A DNA stretch of 64,000 nt. Source: Rhynchobatus australiae. Lineage: Eukaryota. The translations under genes were made by a program, and so were the position numbers. Every line of letters starts with the position of its first letter. Positions within the stretch are counted from its first letter, which is position 1. This document shows positions 24,845 through 39,390 of this stretch, one piece after another. The DNA is taken from positions 33,535,719 through 33,599,718 of the forward strand of contig JAUZTB010000027.1 of assembly GCA_034780895.1 (NCBI GenBank), written 5' to 3'. The notes under the pieces were generated by a model, which was given only the letters and a program-made list of their open reading frames with translations, had not been told where the DNA came from and did no database searches.

Positions 24845-25240
24845 AACAGCATACATTCCATAACACATTTAACTTAGCAAAACACCCTAAAGCAGCTCAC
24901 AGCAGTCTAATCAGAGAAACATTTGCACTAAGACAAAGAGGGAAGACATTAAGTCAGGGACCAAAGACTCAGGCAGAAAGAAAGATTTTACAGAGCATGT
25001 TGAAGGGGTGGGGGGCAGAGATGGAGAGGCAGAGAGATTTAGAGAGTGAATTCCAAATTGACTGTGATGACTGTGTGGTCAGCTGAAGGTTGTGGGGGAG
25101 GAGAAGGATGCAAGAAAGTCCATAAAGAGACCACTTGAAAATATCTGAGGAGAGTAAATTAAGAGAGCATGTAAGCTGAGGAAAGCAATTGAGAAAAAGA
25201 GTAAGAGGACAATGAAACACTAACAGGATACTGTGAGGAA
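24845..25240 (-). mobile_element. L2 LINE 3' end, antisense
   Basis: gcaaaacaccctaaagcagctcacagc..gagaggcagagagatttagagagtgaattcca is the reverse complement of the L2 tail seen at 12500-12770. Confidence 0.55.
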
Positions 25241-26469
25241 TTTTTTGGTTACGAATGAAATGTATTTTTTAAATCAAGAAAAGAAGGAAATGAAAAATAC
25301 AAACACAGAAGAGCCAGAATGAATATGAAAGGGTGAACAGTGAACATGTTACATCTTTCATTTGCTGAATTCTATGTAACCAAACAAATCTGTTTGTGAA
25401 CTGGTCTGCAACTGTCTCTTTGTCAGGTTTGGTGGCTTTTGTGGAATAAAGCTAAGACTAAACCTAAAATGCTTAAAGGGAGAGAGAAATTTGTCTGAGG
25501 GATTATGTGAATACTTGTCAAAAATAAAGGTGGACAACTATAGACACCCAGGTGAAGTAAGAAAGAGACAGCAAGAATACAATAAAATTTCTGTGTAAGA
25601 TGAAGATAAAGGAAAGACAAAGTACTCATATTTATATATCAATTTGTATTTAAATATCAGGACATCCCATATTGCTTTATAGGCAATTAAGCAATTTTGA
25701 TTTTAGTGAGGAATTTTGAAGAGTAAATATTGTCCAGGACACTGGGGTGAACTGTACTCAGCTGTAGCATTGCTTACTATACTTGGATGTTAACTTTCTG
25801 TGATTTGAGCACAAGGACATCCAAATTCTTTTGTATATCAATACCAATATCTAACGTTTAAAAGTAAAATTACCTCACATTGTACTCCTACTTGCCACCC
25901 TTTTGCGCACTTACCAACCTCTCTATATCTCTTTGTAGCCTCTTTATGTCTCCTCCGCAGTTCAGTGTATGCTCAAGAAACCATCCCGATTGAATCATAG
26001 TTGTGCAAGTTCTTAATCCTTGTAATGTATTTCCAGTGATATAATTTTATTAATTAATACAGCTATAGTTAACAGACCATTAGATTTCACCCCAATGATA
26101 TCATATAGTCCATGCACAAAAATTGATGGCTCCTAATCTCTGTGAGAAACACAACAAAAAAAGATATATGTATTTGCAAGATATGAACATACAAAATATT
26201 CAATTTAAATGAACATCTAAAATGTGTTACAATTAGATTACTTCACTAGAATTAGTTCTGTTCAGCAAAACAATTTACAAAGTTTGCAACAAAATTTTCA
26301 ATGTTATTTCCTGTTATTAAAAATACATTGGGGCAGGTCTTTCACTTCTCTAAGTCTACCAGTCATCTGTGCCCGAGGCCATGTTGTTCCCGCTCTCAGC
26401 ACATCCATGAGGCCCAGAGAAGCATGGGCCTCCCGCTCCCAACATGTGGCCACGACAGTGACAAGAACT

Positions 26470-26822
26470 GGGTATGTCAGTGCAGTGGTTAAATTACTGG
26501 ATAAGCACTTAAGAGTTCTGAAACATTTGACGTGATTTCAAATCTCACCATGGTAGCTTTTCAAATAATTAAATAAACCTGGAATCTAAATGGAAAGACT
26601 AGTTTCATTAATAGTACATTAAGCCATTGAATTGTTATAAAGAGCCATCTGGTTCACTAATGTCTTTCAGGCAAGAAAATCTGCCATCCTTATCTTCTTG
26701 CCGATATGTGACTGTAGATCTATAAATGTGGTTGACTCTTAACTGCCTCCTCAATTCAGGGATAACTAGACATGGAAAATAAATGTCAATGGTGACCACT
26801 TCCCATCATGGAATAATAAAGT
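26470..26822 (+). mobile_element. tRNA-derived SINE, near full length
   Basis: Head gtgcagtggttaaattactgga..ttcaaatctcaccatggtagc, body catctggttcactaatgtctttcaggcaagaaaatctgcc, tail aaataaatg..ggaataataaa. Confidence 0.7.
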
Positions 26823-29800
26823 ATGGTGTAGACAGCAGTGAGGACCAACTTATTAGCTGTCAAATGCTCTTTAAGATGAATTTTTGTGAATATCTTTGAC
26901 AATTCACAATTAAACACTTAAAATAATCATTAAAAAAGAGTAAAGTTAAAAGAGAGAAAAGCACACAAGCACACTTCAGACAAATAAAGCATTTAAACTA
27001 ACAAATAAATTAAATGGCAGCTGATATTTCCCATTCATCTCATTCATTAGCCTCTTGTGGNNNNNNNNNNNNNNNNNNNNNNNNNNNNNNNNNNNNNNNN
27101 NNNNNNNNNNNNNNNNNNNNNNNNNNNNNNNNNNNNNNNNNNNNNNNNNNNNNNNNNNNNATTCATCTCATTCATTAGCCTCTTGTGGGTTCGGAGTGGC
27201 CCTCCCAGCCTGAAAGCAGCAGTTCCCACTGCCTACTTGGACACGTGGAGTCCAACCAGGTAGTGCAGAAATCCTGTTGCAGGTGCTCGGCTGAACAGTG
27301 ACTACATTACAGCCTCCACTCAGAAATTACCCAGTTATGTGCATTTCAGTGGCAGATTGTTCACTGCTCTCAGCAAGGATTTGCCCCATTGAAACTGGTT
27401 TCCATAATGACAAATGAGGAATGACTTTGTACAGATCAGTAATTTATTTATTTGTACCAAGTTTAATAGGCAAAAATAGAAGATAAGGCATCAACTACGT
27501 CATAATTTCTTTTCAAAAATTAGACATGTTTTTATTAAACTGGAGGAATTGAACTAATTTTCCAGTATTTTTTATATTTAAAATGGAGTCAGTAGGATGT
27601 GAGTAGATTTAATTTTGAAACTACCTGAGGCTATATATGATGTTCTTGCCAATATTAATGGCAAGAATGTGTNNNNNNNNNNNNNNNNNNNNNNNNNNNN
27701 NNNNNATTGTCTAACTTTGGACTTAACAGCTCAGAAAATAGATTGCATTATGTTGAAGGAATATGTGATGGAAATCAATCTTTTTTGGAATAGATCACAA
27801 CATTTTACTCAAGAATTATGCAGATTGGGGAATTCAACAGGCATTTCCAATTGTAATGTAAGATGATGCACATTGTACATTCAATAAAGAAAGCATTCGC
27901 GGTGTTACCTCAGTACTCATGCAATGGTCATTTAGAAGGTTGCCAGGAGAATTTGGGTGTCATTGTTATTACTGTGAGTAAGCCACTGGAGACTGAAACT
28001 GGTGAATGTACAAGGTCTTTATTCATCATGACAAGCAGGCATTCTCTTGAAGACACTCTCAGTAGAGTCTCTCTGAACGTAAAGTACATCGAGTTTTTAT
28101 ATTCTTAAAAACAAAGAAAACATCAGGTGATTCGATACAGTTTCAATAGCTACAATGACATCGTTTATTTCAATATTTTGAGTCTACAAATTGTTCCATT
28201 GAATTACCTATTTACAATGGGAGCATACTATGACTGATAAGACACCTTTGAATGTTCAAACACTTTTACTGAGACAAAAGATGGCCTAAATCCTTCTGAG
28301 GACAGAGAACACAGACATCCAAAATTAGTGTTCTGAGGGCTGACTCTCTGGGTACACAAATATCCCAATATTGATTGACGGAGCAAATATACCTTTGACC
28401 ACATTTGTTGCACATAGTGGAAAATAAAGGTGGTCTGGAACCTTCCTTAATCTCTGTCACAATGATACAAAATAACTTGGCTGTTTGTGTTTGCTGCCTG
28501 GTTTGATATATACCAGTTAACATACCTCCATTGTCTTATGTTTGCTGATGCATATGGTCATGTCAGATTGTAAACCATATCTGTTGAGCGGCCTCCTGCT
28601 GTGGGCCAGTAGCCTGTGCTCTGTTGACAGTACTGTTTGTTTAAAAAGCTGTCCCTTTAATTTCAAAACTGATTACTGCGTATAGTTTACATTTCAACAG
28701 TTCTATTGAAGCCTAGTTCTCGTTTGTATTAANNNNNNNNNNNNNNNNNNNNNNNNNNNNNNNNNNNNNNNNNNNNNNNNNNNNNNNNNNNNNNNNNNNN
28801 NNNNNNNNNNNNNNNNNNNNNNNNNNNNNNNNTGTATTAATAGCTGCTATCCACATAATTCTTGAAAAATGTCTTCTGCCTAACTGTCATATTTCCACTT
28901 TAGACAGCTGGTCACTCATATATCAGCAGATTTTCAAATTTCTTTGTTCTATGAAGCAGTACCATTTAAAAGGCCACTCCGACAATTTCAGAAAGATTCT
29001 CTGGTCTGCTTAAACTCTCTAGAGGCTGCCTGCTGAGTCAGAAGGCTGCGCCAGCAGAACACATTTATTCTGGGCATTCAGGAAGCTAAACCCTATCTCC
29101 AGCTTTCCATAGAGCAATGTATCTGTGAGCTAAAGTTTGCTACTAATACCAAGCTCTGCTTGGTCAAGGTCTCTTTCACCCTAGCCTCCTGATTGTTCCA
29201 GGAGGTAGCAAAAGAGTTTCACATCTTGCTGCTCCCGTCAGCATTAGGAAGGTTACCAACATCCTCTACTCAAGAAAAGGCTTTGCCTGCTTTTACTTCA
29301 TCAGATCCTTTCAGGCTGATGAGAAAGCATCCTGATGGGTTAGGCTTTTCCCAGGAGGATTATCTAGAACAACTGGCAGAAGAATGGTATCCTTACAGGC
29401 AATTATAAAGTGAGGTCCTTTCTGGATTGCTCACTCATTCTCTTGAGGATACCATTCCATGGGCTCCCAGATAGGAATGTTGATTATGAGGAAATGATGG
29501 GCTCCAGATATAAGACAAGCCTTTGGGATTTAATTGCCAAATTTCCTTGGTGTGAGGCTACTTACATAGTGCCACTTTCATTTATCTGCAGTGGACCTCA
29601 CAAAGAAGGGCTCCCGAGAGTCTCAAACCTTGTCAGCAGTGAATATCCAGCAAGTTCACACAAGAAGAATGAGAAGAGAAATGAATGTACCACTTCCCAC
29701 CTACCACAGTACTCTATACCTCAAGTACTCAGTCTGTAGCAACACAGCCTTCTCATTAACAGTTACAATAATGCTAAGCTCTCAGCATACTGAGAAGAAT

Positions 29801-30609
29801 CTTTCTTTCCAATCAAGTGGATCCATGATGTATCCTTACACATGGATATTTTATCAGTCATTACAGATTTCAGTCATTAGGGATTCATTAGGGATCCTTG
29901 CAGAGAAATGCAATGTTTGATCTTTACACTGCTGAGAAATCAATAACAGCAATGTAATTGGAAATCCTTTGCTCATGAAGTGTGTAACTCATGATTGCTT
30001 AAATGATGGCTATTTCACAGCAGACTGCAATTGGTTTCTATATTCTTGAGGAGCTGAAATGATTCCGCTTTCTGTTTTTTGAGGGATCAGAGAGCTGAGA
30101 GGCTTTGTGCTGAATGATGATCTTCAGAATTAAATGCTGTCTTGATAACTTCTACACACTACTGGCACACAAGATATTAATGAGAAGTGTGCTGCATCCA
30201 TGGTGTGTCTGTTTTCAAGAACATTTAATAAATAAAGGGATAATAAACATTGCACTGAAGTTGGGGGCTGCAGGATGTATTGTTCTATCTCCCTTCCAGT
30301 TATTTCATTTATACTTCTCATGAGATTCTTGAGGCTTGATTGCTTAAAATAGTTTTAATCCACAGTCATCACTAAACAGTAATTTTAGAGAAAATTTTCT
30401 TTACATGCATTTAGAATAACTAATTACCCCTGTGTCTTCCTTTTGTGAATGCCTTTTAAGTGCTACAATGATGCAGTGTTATTTTCCCTGTGGTTCACTC
30501 ACTCCCCTTCCTTGCTGTCACACTGGTGTAAGGCTGCTCCCTGTTTCGTGAAGGATACCAGATAACTGAGACAGATGATTATGAAGAGCTCTTGCTGTGG
30601 AAGAGCTGA

Positions 30610-30790
30610 CTGGTAGCTCCAGCATTTCAGAATGAAGAACTGCAGGCTGATGTCACTGAATGTGAACCATAGCAAGGATGTTGTCTGAGAACCAGTGATG
30701 GGAAGGGAAATGCTAAATCCCAGTGGAAGCCCTACAGTACTGAGTGGACAATGGTCTGTGCATTAGACTGCACATTACCATCAAAACCTT
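30610..30790 (+). pseudogene. Second Harbinger-type Myb/SANT-like exon remnant
   Basis: VAPAFQNEELQA..NVNHSKDVV..SDGK with frameshifts resembles the APRFSDxELExLVxxVxxRRDVLxPxDGR start of Harbinger Myb proteins. Confidence 0.4.
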
Positions 30791-32884
30791 CAGAGCCACG
30801 TTGGCTCTGGTGTCCAAATTCCACAAGACACAAGTCTGCTGATGAACATCCATACATTCTTGGCCATCAACTTTCTGATCTTGGATGATCAAAAGCAGAC
30901 CTCAGGATGGAGCAGCGTGAAACTCTGAGGCAAAAAGCTTTAGACACCCTTCACCTGACCTTACAAAGGAGCACAAATCTTATCCATCATTTTTTGCAGC
31001 ATTGAAGTATTGGCAGTTGCTGGCACAGAGGTGATATGCTCTGAGCTTCATATGAACACCTGTGCAAGGTTGGAGATATATTTAACATCTCTTGTGTTCT
31101 GTCAGAAAGGACCCAGACAATGTAGAGGTACACAACTTATCAACCTTTTCATCTGGCTTCTCTGGGGTAGTACTAAAAAGAGACATTTCCTTCGGGGAGC
31201 AGGTATATTAGCTTCCCTTTGTCTCAGAGCTGATAGCAGCTGGCCATTGCCATGTGTTTTTCCATGTGAAACAGGCACCCCTGACCTAGCATTTTGTGGG
31301 GTCAATTTCTGATTTCAGGCACAGTGGTCTGTTCCTGCTGCTTGCTATGTGCAAGTTTCTAATTGGTGGATCTCTTCCAATAGCCTGTAATGCTAATGTC
31401 TGTGGCAAAGGCAAGTGTGTAGTGCTGTTTGGTTATGGCCTGTACACGTGCAGATGCATATGGACAGAGCATTCATTGCCCGAGAGAAGGTCTGATGGAA
31501 AGGGCCACCAAGATAGCTGGAGATTCAGCATTTTTCAGCTGTACCACCCAGAGGAGAATTCTCTGGGTTGTCAGATGAGGTGACTATTTGGTACTACTTT
31601 AGCCTAGAACACAATGAACACAATGGCTACCTCCTGCTTACACTTCTTGGTGCTTATCTTGGGTGGCCTTCTTCACACTTTAATGAGTGGTGAAGTAGGG
31701 AGTTGCAATGCTGGGGAGAATGAGGGCAGGGGCAGTGGCAAGGGGATGCACCCTATCCTGCTGAGCTGCTCCCTCTACCACTTCATTCAAGCTAGCAACA
31801 GCATACTGAACTGACAGCAGTACTGTGGTAATACAGACTACCCTTTAAGGGGTGGAATCATTAATGCTACCAGCTATATTAAGTTCAAGTGGCAATTGTT
31901 GGTGCCAGTGCAGATTTCCATTTTAGATAACACTGGACCTGCACATTTTTGCAAGGATTGGAATTCAAGATCCCAACTAGTCTTCACCAGCAGGAAAAGG
32001 CGTATGTTCATCACACCATGAAGGTTTGGGGCTTCTATTCAGGAGCAATCCAACCTCTAGACACATATATATTAACCTAATTCAAATATTTATTTCAATA
32101 TTTATGTAATAGTTTCGTAGAACAACAGGGTCTATTTTTCTAAATTAATAAACACAGGACCTTGTCTAATAGAATATAAACCGTGTAGTTTTGATTTCTT
32201 ATACAAATTGGAATGTGTTTTTCTCGCTTCATTTGTAATGACCACACCTGTTCTTGTTTTAAGAAGTCCTGCTATTTTTGTTCTCCACCTGCCATTTTGC
32301 TGAATCTCGTGACAGCTACAGCTCATGAGATTTAACCTGTGAAGCAAGTTGTCCATACGCATTACCATCTCTTGAGCTTGCCTGTGGTTTTAGGAGGCTG
32401 GCTCAATTTCAGGAATGTGTCAAAGTCAGGATTTCTACTAAGTTTTGGCAAACCTAATATTGTGCAAGACAAACGTAATTTTATAATTATATGCTGCAAG
32501 ACAAGGAATCCCTCTGGGTCATGTGTTATCAAAGCATATGGGAAATATCAAAAGTAAAGGAACAATTGTAAGCAGGTGAGGAAGAATTATTAAGATGTTT
32601 TATTAATCAACTAGATTTGCCAGTAAAACAAAATCATTCAAAACATCTGTAATAGTTCCTGTGTTAGGGCTCAAGTACAAAGTGTCTGATTTCTAAATAA
32701 AGTATCCCATCATTCATGTTTCACTCATGGGCATTGCTTTGAGTCTGCAACCTAGGAGAGAGTCTCATTTTACAAGGTGCAAGTACTTTAGCTTGTGTCA
32801 TAATAAATGTTTTGTGTAACTTCTGTACTTAAATGTCTATTTTTCCCCTTCTCCGTGTAATTTAATACAGCATTGTGAAATGTG

Positions 32885-33200
32885 TGCAGTGGCAGTTCAC
32901 TTGGTGGGATCCACCCTCATTCCAGAACTTCAACAATAACTTCAGTTAGAACTTCAAGGGAATACTGAGGGAGTACTGCACTCAACAGTTGATGTGTTAA
33001 ACCAAGTACTCATCTGCTTGTTCGGCTGGACATAACTGAATTTGATGGCATCATTCAAAGAAAACCAAAAGATTGTTCCCAGTGCCCTAGCCAAGACATA
33101 TCATTCAATTAAGACTACTGAAACAGTTTGACTGTGCATCAGTAGTGCAATGAAGCACTTAGTACATCTTGAGGACTTGATAGGTCTACGTAAATAGAGT
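32885..33200 (+). mobile_element. Deu-domain SINE (SacSINE1/AmnSINE1-related), decayed
   Basis: atactgagggagtactgcact..gttaaaccaag..catctgc..ttcccagtgccctagccaa are Deu-domain hallmarks. Confidence 0.65.
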
Positions 33201-34874
33201 TGAAGAATAATTTAGCCATGACCTATAGAGAGGCAAACTGGATCAAAGACCTGAACAGCTATCTTTTGTTTCTATGTCCCCATTTACAATTTGGACGTTT
33301 AGACTTACTCACTCAAAATACCCTTGGTTGCAGCGGCAGCTGCAGCTGTGCTTAATGAGCCTGATATTGATACTATTTCAGGTGGAACAGTCTTCATGCT
33401 CAGTTGGCAGTTGCTGAACTAAACATCCATCCCTAGTGCACAGTGCTTCCTCAGTGATGCAATGAGCACTTATGAACCTTACCTTGTCTGCATCTCCCAT
33501 CCCAACACTCCTTCATACTGAGATGGTCAAGAGCAACAATACCTTCACTTCTACTTTCTCTTTCAGGTTTCATATTGTCCTGAGTTTGACGTACATTAGT
33601 GTTCTCCTTTTCTCTAACTTCAGCAGCACCATCACCACAAAAGATGCAGGAGAGGCCCATTACCACATTCATTGGATAAGTTTTAAATTGGGCTTTTTGC
33701 ATTTTCCCATATCAAAGGGACAAGTAAAATGAAAATAAATTCATTGTAGAACCTTTCTGCCATTCCATTAATTTGGTCAGGATTGATCCCAGATTGACTT
33801 GATTTGACTTAACTTTGCCAGTGAGTTGGGGATGTTACCAATTAGAGGCAGTCTCAATCAGGAAACCTTTGGCAGCAATAACCTGCATTCCTATGGGTAG
33901 GTGGAAGAATTAGATTACTTTTATATCATAAGCCAAAATCATGATTAAGATAATAGCATGATTTTTTTTCTAAATTGTGCCCAATTATTTTGAAAATATT
34001 TGTAAAAATATATTTACTGAATTCAGGATATTAAATAAATTATTGCANNNNNNNNNNNNNNNNNNNNNNNNNNNNNNNNNNNNNNNNNNNNNNNNNNNNN
34101 NNNNNNNNNNNNNNNNNNNNNNNNNNNNNNNNNNNNNNNNNNNNNNNGCCAGGTTATTCATAAAATACTAATGAATTAAAATATTGCACTAATTTAATTT
34201 ATTCCCATTTTTGTGCTTTCATGGAAATTCAAGTTACAAGGATGGGTAGATGACCATCAGTTTATCCAGCATGTTTACTGCCAATAGAATATGCTGAAGT
34301 GCAGCACAAATTCAAAGTTTTGCTGATACTGCTCTTACTCTCTAAACACATTGGGGGCAAAGGCCTACAGATTCCTTCACAGGCTCTGGAAAAGTTGAAA
34401 GTAGGTTTAACCCAGAGTAGAGCAAGATTTTTGGAAGTACTAGAATCATTTTTCCAGCATAAGGCTGACACAAATGCTATCAACAATAGTGCTACACACT
34501 AAATTTATCCCCAGTATGATTTTCCACCTCACAAATCTGAAAAACATGCAGAACAATCATGTAGAATAATTTAAATGCAGAACAACCATCCTTTATTAAC
34601 CACAAGGTCACAGCTGCTTGGCTGAGTCTTTCCTTTGCAAGATCTTTAAATGTATGAGTGGAGTAATCAATGGTGAAACTGAGACAATGTGGATTTACAC
34701 ATGCACACCTGAAAACTCTGTTCTGGGAATCTTGCNNNNNNNNNNNNNNNNNNNNNNNNNNNNNNNNNNNNNNNNNNNNNNNNNNNNNNNNNNNNNNNNN
34801 NNNNNNNNNNNNNNNNNNNNNNNNNNNNNNNNNNNAACTCTGTTCTGGGAATCTTGCAATTAAAGGTTGCAACC

Positions 34875-36130
34875 GCAGAATTATAGAATCTTCAAACATT
34901 TCCAATACAAAAGAAGGCATCATGACCCATGTGTTGGTCATAAAATAGCCACCCAGCCTAATCCCATCTTCCATAGCCCTGCAGATCACAGCTCTTCTAG
35001 TATACATTCAAATAATTCTTTGACATGATGGAAGGTTTCTGCACACTCTCAGGCTGTGAGTTTCAGACCCACACCATCTGCTGGGTGAAAAAAAAATCCT
35101 CATTTCCTTTCTAATCCATTACTTTAACTGTTACCAGTTTTTTGATCCCACTGTTAAGGGAAATAGGTCCTTTCTATTTATTCTATCTGGACCCCTCATA
35201 ATTTTACACAACTCAATTAAATCTCCCCTTGGCTTCCTCTTTCACAAAGAAAGTAACTTTAATCCATCCAATTTTTCCTTCTAGTTAAATTTTCCATACC
35301 TGGTGATATCCTTCTCAGCATGCCCTCTAGTGCAATCATATCTTTAGGGTAATATAATGTCCAGAACTTTACACAATTTTAAGGCTTTGGTTTAACTTGT
35401 GTTGTCTATATATTAAAAGCATAACCTGCCTGCTCTTTTGTTCTATGTCATGGCTAATTAAAAAAAGTGTGCAATATGCCTATTTAACCACCTTATCGAT
35501 CTATCCTGTTTTCTTCAAGGAATTGTGGACATACACCCCAATGTCTCTCTGGATCTTTATACATCTCCATATCCTCCCATTTATTGTATATCCCTTTGCT
35601 TTGCTGCAAGTTCTCAAACGCTTTATTTCACACAAGCAATTTTTCTGCCCAACCGACCAGACTATTGATGTCTTGCTGCAGGCTAAAGCCTTACCCCTTC
35701 CCTCACTGTCATTCACATGGCCAATGTTTGTATCATTTGAAAACTTTTTTATATTTATATTTCTTTCTTAAGCACTATTATATATAACAAAAATAAAGGC
35801 ATCAAGTGCTGAACCTCTGGAACCCTACTAATGACCAGCCTGCCAAATATGACCTTGTCAAAGCCTTGATAAAATCTATATTTACATCAAATATACTGCT
35901 CTCATTGACCCTCATTACGTCCTCAAAAGTTTCATGAAGCGAGTCAGACATGGGCTTCCCTTAACAGATCCACGCTGATTGTCCCTGATTTACCTTTGCC
36001 TTTCTAAATGAAGGTATCTACTAAACATTGGAATTGATTCCAATAATTTGTCCCCCACTGAAGTTAAACTAACTTGCCAAAAATTATTTAGTTTATTCCC
36101 CTCCTCTCTTTTTAAATGTTAGCAGTCCTT
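34875..36130 (-). mobile_element. CR1/HER1-like LINE 3' ~1.2 kb, antisense
   Basis: Minus frame ..NGRI..IQRDIGVYVHNSLK, with the 3' terminus starting at 34875 (agaattatagaatc..). Confidence 0.8.
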
Positions 36131-36904
36131 CAATNNNNNNNNNNNNNNNNNNNNNNNNNNNNNNNNNNNNNNNNNNNNNNNNNNNNNNNNNNNNNNNNNN
36201 NNNNNNNNNNNNNNNNNNNNNNNNNNNNNNNNNNNNNNNNNNNNNNNNNNNNNNNNNNNNNNNNNNNNNNNNNNNNNNNCTAAAATGTAGTAAAATAATT
36301 TCCAGGCAACTGTTCTTATATTTGCTTATAAGAAAATTAACACAAGTGCGTAAAAGGTGGTGAAATGTGGGGAAAAGGGACAAATGGTTCATACAATTAA
36401 TGCAGTATTGTCAAATAAAAATCATTGCGTGGGATTGGATGTGGCTAATGCAACTATTTTAGTCACTTACACCAATGTTAGCAGAAAAAAGCAGCACAGA
36501 GTATTTAAATAAATATAATTTACATACATATTTACTGAAAAAACATCTATCATCGCTCTATACAAAACCTTGCAGTCTCTCTTTTATCAGAGCCTGTAAC
36601 CCTGATGAAACTTTATGGATCACACCACACTTATCGTAGCTTCTGGTTTTTCTCCAGAAATTCCAAGCAATAAATCGGGTCATCAGAGTGACTGCTGTGT
36701 ACATTGATTAGCACATCAAAATTCATTATATAGGATAGGGTAATATGTCATGAGCATGTTGTAACTACCCATTATTGGTTGAGCTTGTTTTGTTCTGATA
36801 GTTTGGGTTATTTTGATTTGGCAAGAAGATCACATCTGACTCTTATTGCTAACTCTGTGGGGTTTTCCTTAGTTGCACATTTAATAGATATACAAAAAAG
36901 CACA

Positions 36905-37195
36905 CGTTAGAGTTTGCACATTCTCCCTTTGATCATGCAGGAATAACCCCTGGTTTTCAGGTGTCCTTGCCCATTTCAAAGATATTCTTGCTGCAAGGTG
37001 AACTGGCTGATATAAATTGCCCTTTGTGTAGGTGGGTGGCTGGAGAATTAGGTTGGTGGTATATGGGGGGGGGGGTGTTAGTGAGAGAAGAGGCTACAGG
37101 GAAAGAAGTGAGGAAATAGGATTGATGAGATCACTCTGAGAGCTGGCATGGACATGATGGGCCAAATGGTCCCTTTCTATATCATATGATATATG
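36905..37195 (+). mobile_element. HE1/V-SINE-like element
   Basis: V-domain gagtttgcacattctcc..aactggctgatataaattgccctttgtgtaggtg plus a CR1-type tail ggcatggacatgatgggccaaatggtcc. Confidence 0.7.
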
Positions 37196-39119
37196 ATAAT
37201 GATCCTAAAATACTCCATTTTCTATGTCTACCCCTAAATGCACAAAAAAAGCTAAAGTAGATATTGTATATACTGTGGGAACATGAATCTGAATCACAAG
37301 CCAGATAATGCTCATGTTTTTATTTTTTATTCAGTTATGCACATAGTAACATCTGAATCCCTAATTAGCCACATGTCACTGTGATGATCTCTACAAGAAT
37401 GAAATGTTGTAATGTTAGCAAAACGTGAAGAAAGCTAATCTTTTTTATGGGCTACTTAAAAAACATAGAAGTAAAGTGTTTGAAACTTTTCACGGCTAAG
37501 CTAAGTAACTTCATCCAGGCATTGGTGATACTAATGAAGAGAAAAAATTCAAAATATCACCATACAAGTGACCAAAATAGTATAACAGTATATTTTCTTT
37601 GTCAGGGAGTTTGAGTGGATGTATCCCAGGTCTGATGGGAATGGCAGCCTGAGAATGTAATGAACAAGAGAAGTGCACGGCTCTGCCTACTGATGTAGAA
37701 AGGAAGCACACTTGAATGCCTCCTGGGAATGTGGAGGAGGTACCAAATAGGGAGATTCAGACTTAGACCACGTAAGTGAAACTCAGTTGTGATAGAAGGG
37801 CCACAGATACTTGCATTGAATCTCACTGATGTCCTCTAGTACCATTCTGAGGAATCAGATATTGTGCATTCCTCTGGGGAAGGATAAGTTTCTTTTTAGC
37901 TTAACTAGAGAATGAAAGATTGCACATGTGGTGAATGTGAATGAATTTTGTCAACTCGTATAGCACTGTAAATGTTCAATATGTCTTTTTAGTGTATTTG
38001 CCTCTTGTGCTTCATGAATTACTCTGTGTTGTTTGTGGATCTGCCCTACTACGATGAATTGAATGGATAGCAATACTGTGTGATCACATTAGCAGCTTGC
38101 TAACTGCATGCAATTCAGAAGGCAGCTGTCTGTACTGGCAACAGATATTGATGGACCTCCAGGGCTTTGGAGCAGCTGTGACTTATGCTTCCTGAGGCAA
38201 TGTAAGCTCTTGCCTCTGGTTGGCTATGTGATGGAACAGATTTCCACAGACACGAGTCCCAACTACTGCTACGGCATGGCTCCAACCATGCCACTGCTGA
38301 GGGGAATCTTCTCATCACGCAGAACAATTTATAGAGGGGTCCAGTGGAAATTGGTCAAAACTGCATGGTGGAACTTGCACCACAAAGAATCTATAGCATC
38401 ATTGGGAACATTCATGAGGGATTGTCCCACTAATATTCCCTTTCTGATGATGCCAGTTTAATGATGAATTGTGATCAGTTTCATTTTCAGACTCATTATA
38501 ATTTACAGTCAGAATAACTTAACTAATTTCACAGCATGCTAAAGTGGTAAGAGATCCTTATTCCATAATCTGGCATGGCATAAAATCTTGGTAAGAGGTA
38601 CAGTGTTTAAATACATTTCTGAAAAAGTCATGTCATTATAAGTGATAATGTAATTTGCCTTGATTTCTTTTCTTTCTCCCACATTAAGTGAATGCTTTTC
38701 TCTCAGGTTGGGTCGTTCCTGATGCAAGCACTATTTCCTATTCGCAATACCCTAGGTGTCTCTGCCAGTCAAGTTGTTTTGAAGAAAATCCAGTTCCATG
38801 TTCCCCATTCCATTTTCACTCTCTCCCTATGCTGAATTGCTTTCAACTTATTTTCTGGCAGCAAAATTAAGACCAGACAGTCATTATGGTGAGCAGATTT
38901 GTTAATGCATGTGTTACCATGCCATTCTATTTCAGTTTAACAATTTGGGACCATGACTATGATTGTGTTATGAGATAATGTAAACCACATCTGGTATGTT
39001 AGAAGTGTGCCAATCCTTAAGTAACTTTGGTTACGCTATCCTGGCTACTTAATGCTGACTCTTTTTAGTTAAGTTGCAAACTTGTTAGTTTTAAGAAAAC
39101 ATTTCTGATAGATATTTAG

Positions 39120-39390
39120 TTTTATAATAAGAGGATATCTTCAGAATTTAAAGTGGGGAGCAATTTCTTCTTTGCAATGCTTTATCCCAGAATGCTGTGG
39201 AGTTGGAGTCAATGAATATATTTAAGGTTGAGAAGGGCATATTTTTGGACTTCAGGGGAAATCAAAGATTATGGGGATCAGGCGGGAAAATGGAATTGAG
39301 GTCAAGGTCTTTTCAGACATGATCTTGTTGAATGGTGGAGCAGACTCAAGGGACTAGATCATCCTGCTTCTATTTCTTATGTTCTTATGA
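39120..39390 (+). mobile_element. CR1/HER1-like LINE 3' end
   Basis: ggagtcaatgaatatatttaagg..gatcttgttgaatggtggagcagactcaaggg..cttatgttcttatg tail. Confidence 0.75.

Noticed and set aside
29000-29920. Cluster of 70-110 aa ORFs with coding-like composition
   Set aside because: No recognisable domain or consistent splice structure. Probably decayed transposon sequence.
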